Under the pieces are notes generated by a model that had not been told where the DNA came from, made no database searches, and saw only the letters and a program-made list of their open reading frames with translations. The position numbers and the translations under genes are program-made. Shown here piece after piece: positions 39,332 to 48,587 of a stretch of DNA of 64,000 nt (its first letter is position 1; every line of letters begins with the position of its first letter). This DNA is from a virus (taxonomy: Duplodnaviria > Caudoviricetes): the IMG/VR virus record IMGVR_UViG_3300044712_000496, positions 330 to 64,329 of that record; one strand, written 5' to 3'.

Positions 39332-40201
39332 TTAAAGACGCTCTCCTCGTTCCGCGCAATAGTCATCCCACAAGACAGACTTATATAGCTTTTTCAGGTT
39401 GGCCCATCGTGCCAAACGACGCAGTTCTCTAGGGGGGACAGTACCTATTTCGTCTATATAGGGCTGAACGAAGGGATCAACATTCATGCCTTTTAAGAAC
39501 CGCAGGACCTCTAATGTAGATTCCAAGTCTCTCGCAAGTACATAGCAGGAATATGTCCGTGGGGTTACGTTATACATTCGTAAAATCTGAATAGCTTTTT
39601 CAACCGCTGGTATCATACTACAGGAATCACATGCCAGACGAACAGGTTCCGCCCATTTGCATTTAGAGAGCAATTTTGCTGTCGCGGGGTCTATCAATCG
39701 AGCGTCTAGTCCTTGGTTGAAATCAATCTTTATTTGTGTGGATCCCAATAGCTCTATCTGGCGAACTCCATGCTCACAAGCCAGCACGTTGTTGTCCATG
39801 AAAATGACTTTCCCATGCCGCGTAAATTCGGTATATTCAGCATGGGGTTCTATGGGGCCTTCTTTGGCAGGAACAAAGCAATGTTCGCATCTACGAATAC
39901 AACCCCGAGTTAGAAATCCGAGGGAGTAATCAAGCCCGTAAAGATCATAGTCGGGACAGATGTGCTCCACCCACTCTGGGAGCGTGGACCCAATCTTTCT
40001 CCCCCATCCCCCTCTGATAGATCCTTCTGGGGCATTCTCTGGGGTAAAGCTGAACACTTTTGAAGACACTACCTTATCGTAGGAGACACCATTTTTATAT
40101 AGCTCCGTTGAGGCTCCCCGGCTTTTATACGCCGCAGACAGTTTCATGAGTGCTAAATTGGGGAAGTTTGTATTGTCGGCATCGTGCAATCCTACGAGCA
40201 T
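39332..40201 (-). CDS. Radical SAM protein
   Basis: TRGCIRRCEHC (CxxxCxxC), FPNLALMKLS, MDNN and DFNQGLDARL. Confidence 0.85.
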   Translation of the reverse strand: MLVGLHDADNTNFPNLALMKLSAAYKSRGASTELYKNGVSYDKVVSSKVFSFTPENAPEGSIRGGWGRKIGSTLPEWVEHICPDYDLYGLDYSLGFLTRGCIRRCEHCFVPAKEGPIEPHAEYTEFTRHGKVIFMDNNVLACEHGVRQIELLGSTQIKIDFNQGLDARLIDPATAKLLSKCKWAEPVRLACDSCSMIPAVEKAIQILRMYNVTPRTYSCYVLARDLESTLEVLRFLKGMNVDPFVQPYIDEIGTVPPRELRRLARWANLKKLYKSVLWDDYCAERGERL

Positions 40202-40398
40202 TTGACCCTCCGCCCCCCGCTCTTCGAGCGAGCCTTTAGATAGGCAATCGGGTCAATCCCGGTCGCTCGCACCCGAGCGATTTCCTCTTGTGGGGAAAAG
40301 GATATGGAAGGAGCCGGTGTTGAAGGTCGCCCTCCAAAAATAGCACTCAGCTCCTCCCGAAAAATCTGCCTGATTCTATTCTCGTCTTCTGGGGTCAT
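40192..40398 (-). CDS. Hypothetical small protein
   Basis: 68-aa ORF in the operon. Confidence 0.55.
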   Translation of the reverse strand: MTPEDENRIRQIFREELSAIFGGRPSTPAPSISFSPQEEIARVRATGIDPIAYLKARSKSGGRRVKCS

Positions 40399-40401
40399 TC
40401 T

Positions 40402-40701
40402 TTATATTCCTGCAACTGCCTCGTAGGTTGCTCGGAAAATATCGAGCTTGCAGGGGTACGCTTCGCCCTTCACTCCGATGATAAGCATATCGTTCTGTGT
40501 CATCTCCATTTCGCCTTCCAGAGTGGAAATAAGATAGCGGTCATACCCGCCTTGGCAGTCGTGTGTCACTGGTCTGTCGCCAATTTTGAACGACCACGGC
40601 AGTCCGTTCACTACGTTTCCGCCGTTTTCGATGCCGTATTGCACCAGTTCATCCCATGTCATTGCTTCGATAACTACCGGGAGTTTTCTGAATTTTGCCA
40701 T
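40402..40701 (-). CDS. Conserved phage protein (KxPVVIEA...TLEG...GVKGExYPCK family)
   Basis: Recognisable motif set; AGGAGG RBS. Confidence 0.75.
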   Translation of the reverse strand: MAKFRKLPVVIEAMTWDELVQYGIENGGNVVNGLPWSFKIGDRPVTHDCQGGYDRYLISTLEGEMEMTQNDMLIIGVKGEAYPCKLDIFRATYEAVAGI

Positions 40702-40829
40702 TTTTGCGATACCTCCTTAGCATTCGCCACCGTACATGGTGGACAGTAGTAGATACCTCTCGACTCTTCCAGTGGAGCGTTGCAATTTGGGCAACGGTAT
40801 TTGTTTTTAGCCGCCTGTTGCAGAGTCAT
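40674..40829 (-). CDS. Small Zn-ribbon protein (51 aa)
   Basis: CPNC...YYCPPC by manual translation. Confidence 0.5.
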   Translation of the reverse strand: MTLQQAAKNKYRCPNCNAPLEESRGIYYCPPCTVANAKEVSQKWQNSENSR

Positions 40830-40832
40830 TCT

Positions 40833-41132
40833 TTATCTTCCTGCGGGGCCATCCACCCATTTGATGTACTGACTTTCATTTCCTGACAGCACCATCCCCT
40901 CGGCACTCAACACATCCGCAGGAAAGACTCCGCTTTGCAGGGTTGCGAGGTCGGTGTTAATCTTCTTCAGCCGCGCCTCGATGGTTGTCTTCTCTTTTAG
41001 GAGGGTCTTCGCCTGGGCCACAAGAGCCGCGCGGGTCTCGTTGTCGATCTGCTTCTGTGCGTCCTCTATCACTCCAGCGTAAGAAACCGACGCCACCAAA
41101 CTAAATGCTACGACCAGTAATAGTTTCTTCAT
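40833..41132 (-). CDS. Secreted coiled-coil protein
   Basis: MKKLLLVVAFSLVASVSYA-G leader. Confidence 0.65.
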   Translation of the reverse strand: MKKLLLVVAFSLVASVSYAGVIEDAQKQIDNETRAALVAQAKTLLKEKTTIEARLKKINTDLATLQSGVFPADVLSAEGMVLSGNESQYIKWVDGPAGR

Positions 41133-41274
41133 GGTTTTCTCCTTTTCTCAATTCATCAATTATCGCCAATAAAACATCGGTAATCCGAATGGCGTTGAAC
41201 TTCCTGTTGAGAGCGTGGGGCGGGGTTGCTCGCCACTTCCTTATTTCTTCTTCCGTCAGATTCTCAGAATCCAT
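41101..41274 (-). CDS. Hypothetical protein
   Basis: MDSENLTEEEIRKW...; start reassigned. Confidence 0.45.
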   Translation of the reverse strand: MDSENLTEEEIRKWRATPPHALNRKFNAIRITDVLLAIIDELRKGENHEETITGRSI

Positions 41275-41563
41275 AAAAACTCGCCTTCTCAATGGCGTTG
41301 GAACAACCCCCGCAATAATACTCATGGCCATGCTTATGAGCCACTCCGCACTCGGTTCCGCAGTCTGCGCAGTTCGTAACCACGGAGACGATGTACCTTC
41401 TTCTCTCCTGCTGGTTCCTCCTGATTTCCTCATGGAGCCATGCCTGGGCTTCTTCCACAGTCTTCAAAGGAGCGGATGAGTTTCTCCATACCCCGTTCAC
41501 AAGAGTATGTCCCTCAGGTGCTTCAATGACGGTTTTGAATCTTTGTTTTCGACTCATACCCAA
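41264..41563 (-). CDS. Zn-ribbon hypothetical protein
   Basis: CADC...YYCGGC. Confidence 0.55.
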   Translation of the reverse strand: MGMSRKQRFKTVIEAPEGHTLVNGVWRNSSAPLKTVEEAQAWLHEEIRRNQQERRRYIVSVVTNCADCGTECGVAHKHGHEYYCGGCSNAIEKASFYGF

Positions 41564-41733
41564 AACCCCTCCGGGTAGTTCCTTTTATGCGAATAACCTA
41601 CCGCCTTCGGCAAAATTATGTTTTGGGCAACTCCGCACTGCTGACAGACGAAGGACTTAACAGGCGAAGTGAACCTATGCCACTTACCACAAAAACCGCA
41701 TTCGATCTCTTTTAAGCCTTCGCCTTTTTTCAT
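41554..41733 (-). CDS. Zn-ribbon hypothetical protein
   Basis: ECGFCG...CQQCG. Confidence 0.5.
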   Translation of the reverse strand: MKKGEGLKEIECGFCGKWHRFTSPVKSFVCQQCGVAQNIILPKAVGYSHKRNYPEGFWV

Positions 41734-42086
41734 ACTCTTATCTCCTCTCCGCTCCACGGGTCGGGGTTTTGTTCCCCCGATTTGATTTTGTCTTTATAAG
41801 TCCGGGCGTCCGCAAAGTACCTGAGACTGTACTTCCTCCCACATCTGGGACAGGACTCAGCCGGGGGGTAATGTATCCGGTCGCCGTCGATCTCGCTATA
41901 CTCCGGCCCGTCCTCCATCTTCTTGCTACCCCGGAACCTGTACCCACACCTCCCGCAGACCCAATAGAATGAGAGACTACATCTTTTACGCTTATCCATT
42001 GAGCCTTTGGGCCGGAAGGTCCGGCCTTTTCGATTCGCCCTCATGCGCTCTCGGGTCTCGGGGGTGTGGGTTTGGCCCTTTTTCAT
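41730..42086 (-). CDS. NUMOD3-like plus Zn-ribbon protein
   Basis: KGQTHTPETRERM; CGRCG...CPRCG. Confidence 0.55.
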   Translation of the reverse strand: MKKGQTHTPETRERMRANRKGRTFRPKGSMDKRKRCSLSFYWVCGRCGYRFRGSKKMEDGPEYSEIDGDRIHYPPAESCPRCGRKYSLRYFADARTYKDKIKSGEQNPDPWSGEEIRV

Positions 42087-42508
42087 CTGATCGGAACGAA
42101 TGTCGTGCAGGTGTCGCAGTATTCGACGCTGTTGGAGACCATTTCTTTACCCCCGCAGGGGCAGTGCTTCCCTGTCTCGACAGCGTTCTCCAAGTCAATG
42201 ACCGGCATTCCCAGTTCCTCGGCCTCAGCCTCTTCGATCTCGGCGGGTTGGATAAGGTGGATACCGTGGATCTCGATGTCGTCGGGAGAGTGAGCTTCGT
42301 GGACTTGGATAAAGGCGTCTTCAATAGAGAACGCCCGGACCTTGGTGACGATGTACGAAGTCTTGACCAGGCTGACCTCATACTCATAGGGCGCCTCCCT
42401 CGGCTCGAAACATCCCTGCGGGGGGATCTCATGCTTCATCTTGTTCGCATTGGAACATTTACCGTCCGCGGTTTCGTGACGGCATCCTGCACATGCTTCT
42501 TCTGGCAT
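42083..42508 (-). CDS. Cys-rich hypothetical protein
   Basis: CAGC...C...C at the N-terminus; CPCG...CDTC at the C-terminus. Confidence 0.6.
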   Translation of the reverse strand: MPEEACAGCRHETADGKCSNANKMKHEIPPQGCFEPREAPYEYEVSLVKTSYIVTKVRAFSIEDAFIQVHEAHSPDDIEIHGIHLIQPAEIEEAEAEELGMPVIDLENAVETGKHCPCGGKEMVSNSVEYCDTCTTFVPIR

Positions 42509-43369
42509 TTAGAGTACCTCCATGTAAGATTTTATGAACTCCGCCGCGAGCGGCGGGACGATGGCATTTCCGTAGGCGCGTATTTGGCCCACTCTTCCGG
42601 GAACCCCATCAACCAGCGGCACAATTCCGAGGCCAATACGCCGCGCTTTTCCGTCTGCACAGGGGATGAAGACGGAGTTTGACCAGCACCCCAGACCGTT
42701 CTCCCCAACAACCCGTTCACCGAGACATTCGGACAATGCTCCCCATCCTTCCAGTCCCTTGTTGTTGTTGGCCATCCCGCTAAACAGGCTTGGTCCTCCA
42801 ACTTGTGTTGATGGGCTACATTTTTCTCTGTTGTACAAGCTCCGCCGCTCGGAAGTTTCGGAGACATCCATCCCCCCAACCCAATACAATCTTTGCCTGA
42901 TGTGCGGCGCCCCGATGCCCGCTGCGCACAAATCTGCGGCCCCGACTCCATATCCCAGTGCTTCCAGGTCAGAACGTACTCCGGCGAGCCATACTCGCCC
43001 ATCCTTTGACGCAACTTGTTCTCCAAAGACAACTGGAGGTCCGCACTCTTCGATAAGCCTTCTGAACTCGGGCCACAGATGCCGCTCGTCGCTGGTTCCT
43101 TTTCTCTTCCCGGCAACACTGAAGGGCTGACAGGGACAGCTTCCTGTCCACACAGGGGCATCGCAGGGCCACCCGGCAAGTTGTAGAGCAAGATCCCATC
43201 CTGCAATACCCACAAAGAAATGGCATCTAACGTATCCTGTAAGGTCATTCGGTCGTACCTCCTGAATGGGCCGGGGGTCCACATCGCCATCCATTATCAG
43301 ACCTGCGGCGATAAGGTTCTTCAACCACTGAACCGCATAGGGTTCGATCTCGTTGTAGTAGGCTTTCAT
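42509..43369 (-). CDS. DNA cytosine-C5 methyltransferase, alpha polypeptide (M.EcoHK31I-like)
   Basis: AYYNEI, HFFVGIAG, GSCPCQPFS, FGEQV, HIRQRLY and YGNAIVP motifs. Confidence 0.9.
   Translation of the reverse strand: MKAYYNEIEPYAVQWLKNLIAAGLIMDGDVDPRPIQEVRPNDLTGYVRCHFFVGIAGWDLALQLAGWPCDAPVWTGSCPCQPFSVAGKRKGTSDERHLWPEFRRLIEECGPPVVFGEQVASKDGRVWLAGVRSDLEALGYGVGAADLCAAGIGAPHIRQRLYWVGGMDVSETSERRSLYNREKCSPSTQVGGPSLFSGMANNNKGLEGWGALSECLGERVVGENGLGCWSNSVFIPCADGKARRIGLGIVPLVDGVPGRVGQIRAYGNAIVPPLAAEFIKSYMEVL
42532..43290 (-). CDS. Overlapping beta polypeptide of the C5 methyltransferase (true start probably internal)
   Basis: Alternative frame containing TSGICG, LENKLRQR, WPTT and CRWLMGFPEEW (motif IX). 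Confidence 0.7.
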   Translation of the reverse strand: MAMWTPGPFRRYDRMTLQDTLDAISLWVLQDGILLYNLPGGPAMPLCGQEAVPVSPSVLPGREKEPATSGICGPSSEGLSKSADLQLSLENKLRQRMGEYGSPEYVLTWKHWDMESGPQICAQRASGRRTSGKDCIGLGGWMSPKLPSGGACTTEKNVAHQHKLEDQACLAGWPTTTRDWKDGEHCPNVSVNGLLGRTVWGAGQTPSSSPVQTEKRGVLASELCRWLMGFPEEWAKYAPTEMPSSRRSRRSS

Positions 43370-46179
43370 TTCCTTCTCCTACCCCTTCGCTCGACTTCTT
43401 CCAGTTTCACTTCTTCAGTTGCGAGTTTCTTGACAATCCGCATGGTGTTCTGCAATGCCGGGTGGCTGATGTCGATGATCCATACGGCGACCTGGGTGTG
43501 AGCCCACTGGGTACGGGAGCCGAGGACTTTGCGCCCGTCGTGGTCGAGGAGGATCTTCCAGTCTTGGAGTTCCTTTTTGAAGTCGGTGTACCCTGCGCTC
43601 TGTTTCTGGAGCCAGCGGCGGAAGATCGTCCGGTTGATGAAGAGCTTGTTGTTGTCCAGCTCTATCCTGTACTCCAGCGGGGCTCTCGGTTCCCGAGCAA
43701 TGGAGAACATCTGCTTCTCACACTCATTGCCGGTGAGGATCAACCCCCCCGCTTGCCGCTCGTCAAGGAACTGGCCGATGATGTCGAAGGAGCTGGTCTT
43801 GTGTTCCTCTATCTCCCCGAGGTTCTCCTTGATAAGCCCGATGCTCCACTCCCAGATGCGCTTGACATCAAACTGGATAAGCCCGAGTTTCTTTGCTACC
43901 AAACCACCGTAAATGGCAACGGCGCACATGGCGAGCCAGAACCTATGTTCCCCCCTTGCCCCCGACCTAACTTTGAGGTCATGGATGATCTTGTCGAGGT
44001 CCTGAGTTATCCGGTCCTGGTTCTTCGCCAGCCATTCACAGTAGATCGGCCCTGCGGTTCCATAGTTCTTGTAAAAAATCCTGCGGACTTGCGTGGCCAC
44101 GGAGAGGAACTTAGGGTTCCCGACTACCCGGACTTCGAGGACTCTGTTCATTTCTGCCGTGGGGTTGATTTTGAATGCCGAGAGTTTGTCCATGAGAGAG
44201 TGATTCGATGATGCTACCGCTACGAGGTTCCACTGGTTGAGACCTTCCTTCTCCGCTCCTTTCTGGGTCAGTCTTGCCTTGTCCCGCCCCTGCGTGACCC
44301 GGTACAGCAGGTTGGATAGCTCGTCGGGCATGATGTTGGAGATCTCGTCGATGTAGGCGGGGAATGAGTTGTATATCCCGAGGCGGCTGACTATGGCGTT
44401 GCGGGTGTCGTCGTTCTGGAGCTTCAGCTTGTCCGGGTCTCCGTAGACGGAACACATCCACTCGCCGGTAAGGGTCTTGCCTACCCCGGAACGACCAATC
44501 ATGGCGACCATACCCCCGGCGAAGCCTGTGAATCTCAAGAGGGGGGAGCCAAACCCGCCGGCCAGGAAACTGAAGGCGATGTCCTCGATGCCGGGGAAGT
44601 CGAACACCCTGGTTATCGCAGACCACTCCTCGACGTTCCCTTGAGACGCAAATGACCGGGCGACTGTCGGCACATTCGCTGAGAACCCGACTTCTACCGG
44701 GTCTCCTTCAGGCTGGTGGACCGTGGAGCCAAGGACTATGCTATCCCCCTGCCATCCCATCTGCGTTGCGAGTATCGTGATGTCCCGCTTCTTCCGCAGG
44801 TCTTTCATATAGCTTTCAATATATGTAGTCATGTCGTTTCGGGCCTCCGTACCGATGCAGTGAACATGATTGTCGAGAAGTGCCGTGTGGAAGGCTTTGG
44901 GGTCGCGGACCAGGGACGAACGTATCTGGAACTCCTCATACTCTTTGTTGAACGGTAGTTTGTGCTGAATGGTCAGCATTTCCTGTTTTGATCCCAGATC
45001 CTTGGACACCGCCGTAATGAAGAGGTCGGAATCGTAGAAGGGGTTCGGGTCAACCTGTCCGTCCGAGACCCTGTGGAGCCCCGTGGCGAGCCTCTTGAAT
45101 CCCTCTGGGCAGTAATTATGGTCTTCCTTTTCCACTACAACAGGCTCGGATATCGGGCGACCGAGGGAAATGGGGCTCTTTACCTTCCCCTGCCAACGGC
45201 AACCGATACACCCCATCGGGTTGTCCATCCCGAATCTCTGGCATGTGGTCGGTCCCGCCCCCGAGTCTATGTGATGCTGGATCTTGTCGGTTGTTTGACC
45301 AGGGGAGTAATCTGGATGGCCGCTCGACCATTCATGTATTATTTGAAACTCACCCTCTAAGGCTTCCTGTGTAAACCGGGCGACACCTATGAAATCGTAC
45401 CACAGAGGCTCGGAAACATACCCCCCGCTGTCCCTTACCTGCCTGATCTGGGCGCAGCGTTCTACGAGTTGAGTCAGGTAAGATACCGGTGTTTCATTTA
45501 TACCCGAAACAAATTCATCGGGAACGCCCTGGTACTCGCTCGGGGGGGTAAGGGACTTGGTTGGGAGCTTCTTCTTATCCAGTGCGGATTTGAGCTGCGT
45601 GGAGAACTCGGCGAACGATATGGCGGGGCGGTCGATCAGGAGACGGACGGGCTTCTCGTTGCCGTTCTTGCGGTTCGTAGTCCCCACCGGGCGAAGTACC
45701 GAGGAACAGTCGGCAGTTCGGGATGGATCGGCTTTGAAATTGTATGCTTCACAGAGGGTCTTTAACTGCTTCGCAACGGTTCTCCAGACCTCCGCCGGGA
45801 GATCCTGACTGATGCACCAATGGGCATAGAGGCCATTCCCGGAAGAGACAACTGAAGGGAAAGAGAAGCCGGTCTCATCGCAGAACCTCTTCAATTCCTG
45901 AATTGCTATGCCCTGAGAGGCGAAGGGCTTACCCTCGCCGCAGTCGATGTCGAGGAAGAAGTTGCGCAGGAACAGGGCGTTTTCGTGCTTACGGTTCTCT
46001 TTGGTCCTGAACGATGCCTGGGCGTAGTACATCGTATGCCCTTGGGCGTCCATGTACTCGAAATAGTTCTTCAGGTCGGTCAGAGAATCGTGGAATCTAT
46101 GTTCAAACCCGCCGGATGGGAGCAAGCGGCCACAACAATATGAGCCGCCGGACGGGAGAATCTTTTGTAAAAAATCCAT
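43366..46179 (-). CDS. Primase-helicase (primase domain + Cys cluster + DUF927 helicase)
   Basis: FLDID, SGNGLYAHW, VLRPVGTTN; GPTTC...CIGC; Walker A GRSGVGKT; IDE. Confidence 0.85.
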   Translation of the reverse strand: MDFLQKILPSGGSYCCGRLLPSGGFEHRFHDSLTDLKNYFEYMDAQGHTMYYAQASFRTKENRKHENALFLRNFFLDIDCGEGKPFASQGIAIQELKRFCDETGFSFPSVVSSGNGLYAHWCISQDLPAEVWRTVAKQLKTLCEAYNFKADPSRTADCSSVLRPVGTTNRKNGNEKPVRLLIDRPAISFAEFSTQLKSALDKKKLPTKSLTPPSEYQGVPDEFVSGINETPVSYLTQLVERCAQIRQVRDSGGYVSEPLWYDFIGVARFTQEALEGEFQIIHEWSSGHPDYSPGQTTDKIQHHIDSGAGPTTCQRFGMDNPMGCIGCRWQGKVKSPISLGRPISEPVVVEKEDHNYCPEGFKRLATGLHRVSDGQVDPNPFYDSDLFITAVSKDLGSKQEMLTIQHKLPFNKEYEEFQIRSSLVRDPKAFHTALLDNHVHCIGTEARNDMTTYIESYMKDLRKKRDITILATQMGWQGDSIVLGSTVHQPEGDPVEVGFSANVPTVARSFASQGNVEEWSAITRVFDFPGIEDIAFSFLAGGFGSPLLRFTGFAGGMVAMIGRSGVGKTLTGEWMCSVYGDPDKLKLQNDDTRNAIVSRLGIYNSFPAYIDEISNIMPDELSNLLYRVTQGRDKARLTQKGAEKEGLNQWNLVAVASSNHSLMDKLSAFKINPTAEMNRVLEVRVVGNPKFLSVATQVRRIFYKNYGTAGPIYCEWLAKNQDRITQDLDKIIHDLKVRSGARGEHRFWLAMCAVAIYGGLVAKKLGLIQFDVKRIWEWSIGLIKENLGEIEEHKTSSFDIIGQFLDERQAGGLILTGNECEKQMFSIAREPRAPLEYRIELDNNKLFINRTIFRRWLQKQSAGYTDFKKELQDWKILLDHDGRKVLGSRTQWAHTQVAVWIIDISHPALQNTMRIVKKLATEEVKLEEVERRGRRRK

Positions 46180-46189
46180 TAGAACCCCG

Positions 46190-46351
46190 TCAATTCAATA
46201 GGTACACTCCAACACAAAAGGGGTCTTGCACCAGGACTACGCTTTGTATTTTAAGTCCGAAAGGCGCAAGTAGTTTATCGAGTTCTTCCTCAGTGGGAGC
46301 AAAGTCAATCAGAAGGAGGGGCGAAGGAGTATGTGACATCTGGAACGGCAT
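46190..46351 (-). CDS. Hypothetical protein (53 aa)
   Basis: AGGAG RBS; manual translation MPFQMSHTPSPLLLIDF... Confidence 0.4.
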   Translation of the reverse strand: MPFQMSHTPSPLLLIDFAPTEEELDKLLAPFGLKIQSVVLVQDPFCVGVYLLN

Positions 46352-46374
46352 AGTCTATCTCCTGGAGAGTTTCT

Positions 46375-46403
46375 TTATACCACCATTAATGGGGTTTTGT
46401 CAA
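46375..46403 (-). promoter_or_regulatory. Sigma70-like promoter upstream of the primase operon
   Basis: TTGACA-17 bp-TATAAA on the minus strand. Confidence 0.6.
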
Positions 46404-46681
46404 TTACTTTTCGCCGTCTCGACCAGGATCTTCTTGATAGCCCGTAACCGCAACTCCGGTGCCAACCCACAGGCTTCCTCTCCCAGAGGAAGTTCGCCCC
46501 TCTCCAGAGCCCTCTTAATCAGCTCGTTCATGCGCTCCACGCCGATCTTGACCAACAGACTGCGGGGTACCGAAGACCCCCGGCGCCATGCGTAGATGGT
46601 CTGCTTCGTCGTCTTATATAAATCCGCAGCCTCCATGATTGTAACCCCGGAAGCCTCGATCAGTTTTTTAAACTCAGTCAT
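46400..46681 (-). CDS. HTH (Cro/XRE-like) regulator
   Basis: TIMEAADLYKTTKQTIYAWRRG. Confidence 0.7.
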   Translation of the reverse strand: MTEFKKLIEASGVTIMEAADLYKTTKQTIYAWRRGSSVPRSLLVKIGVERMNELIKRALERGELPLGEEACGLAPELRLRAIKKILVETAKSN

Positions 46682-46865
46682 TTTTTTCATCCTTTGGGGG
46701 CGTCCATCCCAATTCAATAAGCCGCTGTCGCACCCGTTGGTCCTTAAGATAAATAATGGACCTCTGTAGAGTCTCCATAGGAGATTCCCAACCTTCTTCA
46801 ATTACTATGTTCCCTGCTGCGTCAATGTGGTCTTTAACAACGTAGCGCATGGGCTTTTCCATCAC
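46674..46865 (-). CDS. Hypothetical protein
   Basis: LIELGWTPP motif common in small phage proteins. Confidence 0.55.
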   Translation of the reverse strand: MMEKPMRYVVKDHIDAAGNIVIEEGWESPMETLQRSIIYLKDQRVRQRLIELGWTPPKDEKND

Positions 46866-47242
46866 TGCGCTCTCCGCAGCCTTACGGCTTCCCTCTTGAG
46901 AGCCTTCTTTTCCTTCTTGGACAGCTTCAGCTTGGCCGATAGGAATCCCCCGCAGCCGGTATCTTTTGTCATGTAGAGAGTGCGCCCATCGGTGGACTTG
47001 ATAATCCCGTCCATGTGGGTCGGTTTGAACCCGAGCCTGACCGTCCGGCGAACCTTCCGGTACTTGGAAACACCCGCGAGTTTTAGCATCCTCTTAGAAG
47101 CACCGATCCCCATGTTTTTCAGGTCTTCGTATTTGGCAACGCGGCGAGGTTCCAAAACAAAATCAGAAGGGGACGCCTCTAAGACTACGTTCGCCAATAT
47201 GACTTTTCCCTTCGCTGCCTTCACCCTATCCATAAGCAACAT
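46862..47242 (-). CDS. Basic hypothetical protein
   Basis: Lys/Arg-rich; start after GGGGAG. Confidence 0.55.
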   Translation of the reverse strand: MLLMDRVKAAKGKVILANVVLEASPSDFVLEPRRVAKYEDLKNMGIGASKRMLKLAGVSKYRKVRRTVRLGFKPTHMDGIIKSTDGRTLYMTKDTGCGGFLSAKLKLSKKEKKALKREAVRLRRAQ

Positions 47243-47301
47243 GACTCTCCCCCTAAAAAGGAGGGGCCACAAAGCCCCTCCTCGGTTCTCTTCAATTCTC
47301 T

Positions 47302-48345
47302 CTAGTCAAGCCCCAACTGGGCGATGACCGCGCTTACGTCCTCTTCTGGGATGGTCTCCTTTGTCGCCATCTCAGGCGACACCGCGAGGGGGTTGGTAAC
47401 AGGTGGAGCGATTTGTCCGTTCTCCAGGCCGATGTCGAGGATAGGTTCGGTCTCCTGAACGGGCGGAGGCGGAGCCGGGGCTTCTTTCGCTGCCGCTTTC
47501 TCCTTCTTGATAGGCGTGACCTTTGCCGGAGCGGATGCTTCGGGTTGCTTGTTTTCAACAAGCGGGGTGGATGGGGGAGCCGGGAGCGAAGGGGTTTTAT
47601 TCCCGCCGATGATCTCCTGTACCTCGGGTGAGTTGGTCATCTCCAGGATCTTCGCAAGCTGCTGTTCACCCAACATGCCCTGGAAGCCAAACGTGAGTAC
47701 GAAGGGCTTATCCTTGTCCGAGTTGAACCCGATCTGGGTGACGACGAACTGCGGAGCGACGCCGTAATTTGCGAGCTGCTTGCAGTATGCCACCCACGCC
47801 TGGAGGGAAGCCGGGGGAACCGTGAACCGATACACTCCGTTGTCGGCGAATATTGCCAGAACCTTGCGGTCGGCACATGCCTTGCCCTTGCTCGGGTTCC
47901 CCTGCGCATCATGCCCAGAGCCGAAAACATTCTGCGGACAACCGGCGCAGGACTCACACATCTTCATCGTCGCCGACGGATCGGGACGGACACCATCCAG
48001 GGAGAAGCAGTCCGGGGACTGGGGTTCCTGGCCGGGAGTGTAGTTGCTGGCGTAGTAAACCTTCTCGATATTCGCCCGAGCCCTCAGAACGATGCAGGGG
48101 AGAACGGTGAGCGGGGCCCCCGCCGCAGGATGCGGCGTACCGTCAGGCATGGTCTGGGGATAGGCGATGACCGTCTCTGTCCCTTCCACCTTCTTCACGA
48201 ATCTTCCCCCGTTCGCCACGATGGTCGGCGGCATTCCCGAGGAGATTCCTGCTGTCGCTTCGTCGATGAGCGCCTGAAGGTCTGCGTTCGAGGCCATGAG
48301 AGCCTTGACGTAAGCGGGTACTTCTACTGGCAGATTGTTAGCCAT
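47302..48345 (-). CDS. Putative ssDNA-binding/annealing protein
   Basis: PDCFSLDG...CESCAGCPQNVFGS...GKAC motif; Pro-rich/acidic tail; replication context. Confidence 0.6.
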   Translation of the reverse strand: MANNLPVEVPAYVKALMASNADLQALIDEATAGISSGMPPTIVANGGRFVKKVEGTETVIAYPQTMPDGTPHPAAGAPLTVLPCIVLRARANIEKVYYASNYTPGQEPQSPDCFSLDGVRPDPSATMKMCESCAGCPQNVFGSGHDAQGNPSKGKACADRKVLAIFADNGVYRFTVPPASLQAWVAYCKQLANYGVAPQFVVTQIGFNSDKDKPFVLTFGFQGMLGEQQLAKILEMTNSPEVQEIIGGNKTPSLPAPPSTPLVENKQPEASAPAKVTPIKKEKAAAKEAPAPPPPVQETEPILDIGLENGQIAPPVTNPLAVSPEMATKETIPEEDVSAVIAQLGLD

Positions 48346-48386
48346 TTAATATTCCTCCTTTGTTTTGCGGGTTCATAACCCGGTTT

Positions 48387-48587
48387 TTAGCATTGAAAGG
48401 GGACGGACTCCCCCATCTTGTCCCATATCTGGCTTATCTTTTCTTTCTGTTTGTCGGACAACGGTATCCCTGCATCGAACCTGTTCTTAACCGAAGTGAA
48501 AAACTCTTGCTCCCACTCACTCAAAGCGTGGGAATTTTTGTCAATGCGCGTCATTATAAACTCCAGCTCCTTCAAAGAATATTTCAT
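48387..48587 (-). CDS. Conserved small phage protein
   Basis: LSEWEQEF...LSDKQ motif. Confidence 0.65.
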   Translation of the reverse strand: MKYSLKELEFIMTRIDKNSHALSEWEQEFFTSVKNRFDAGIPLSDKQKEKISQIWDKMGESVPFQC

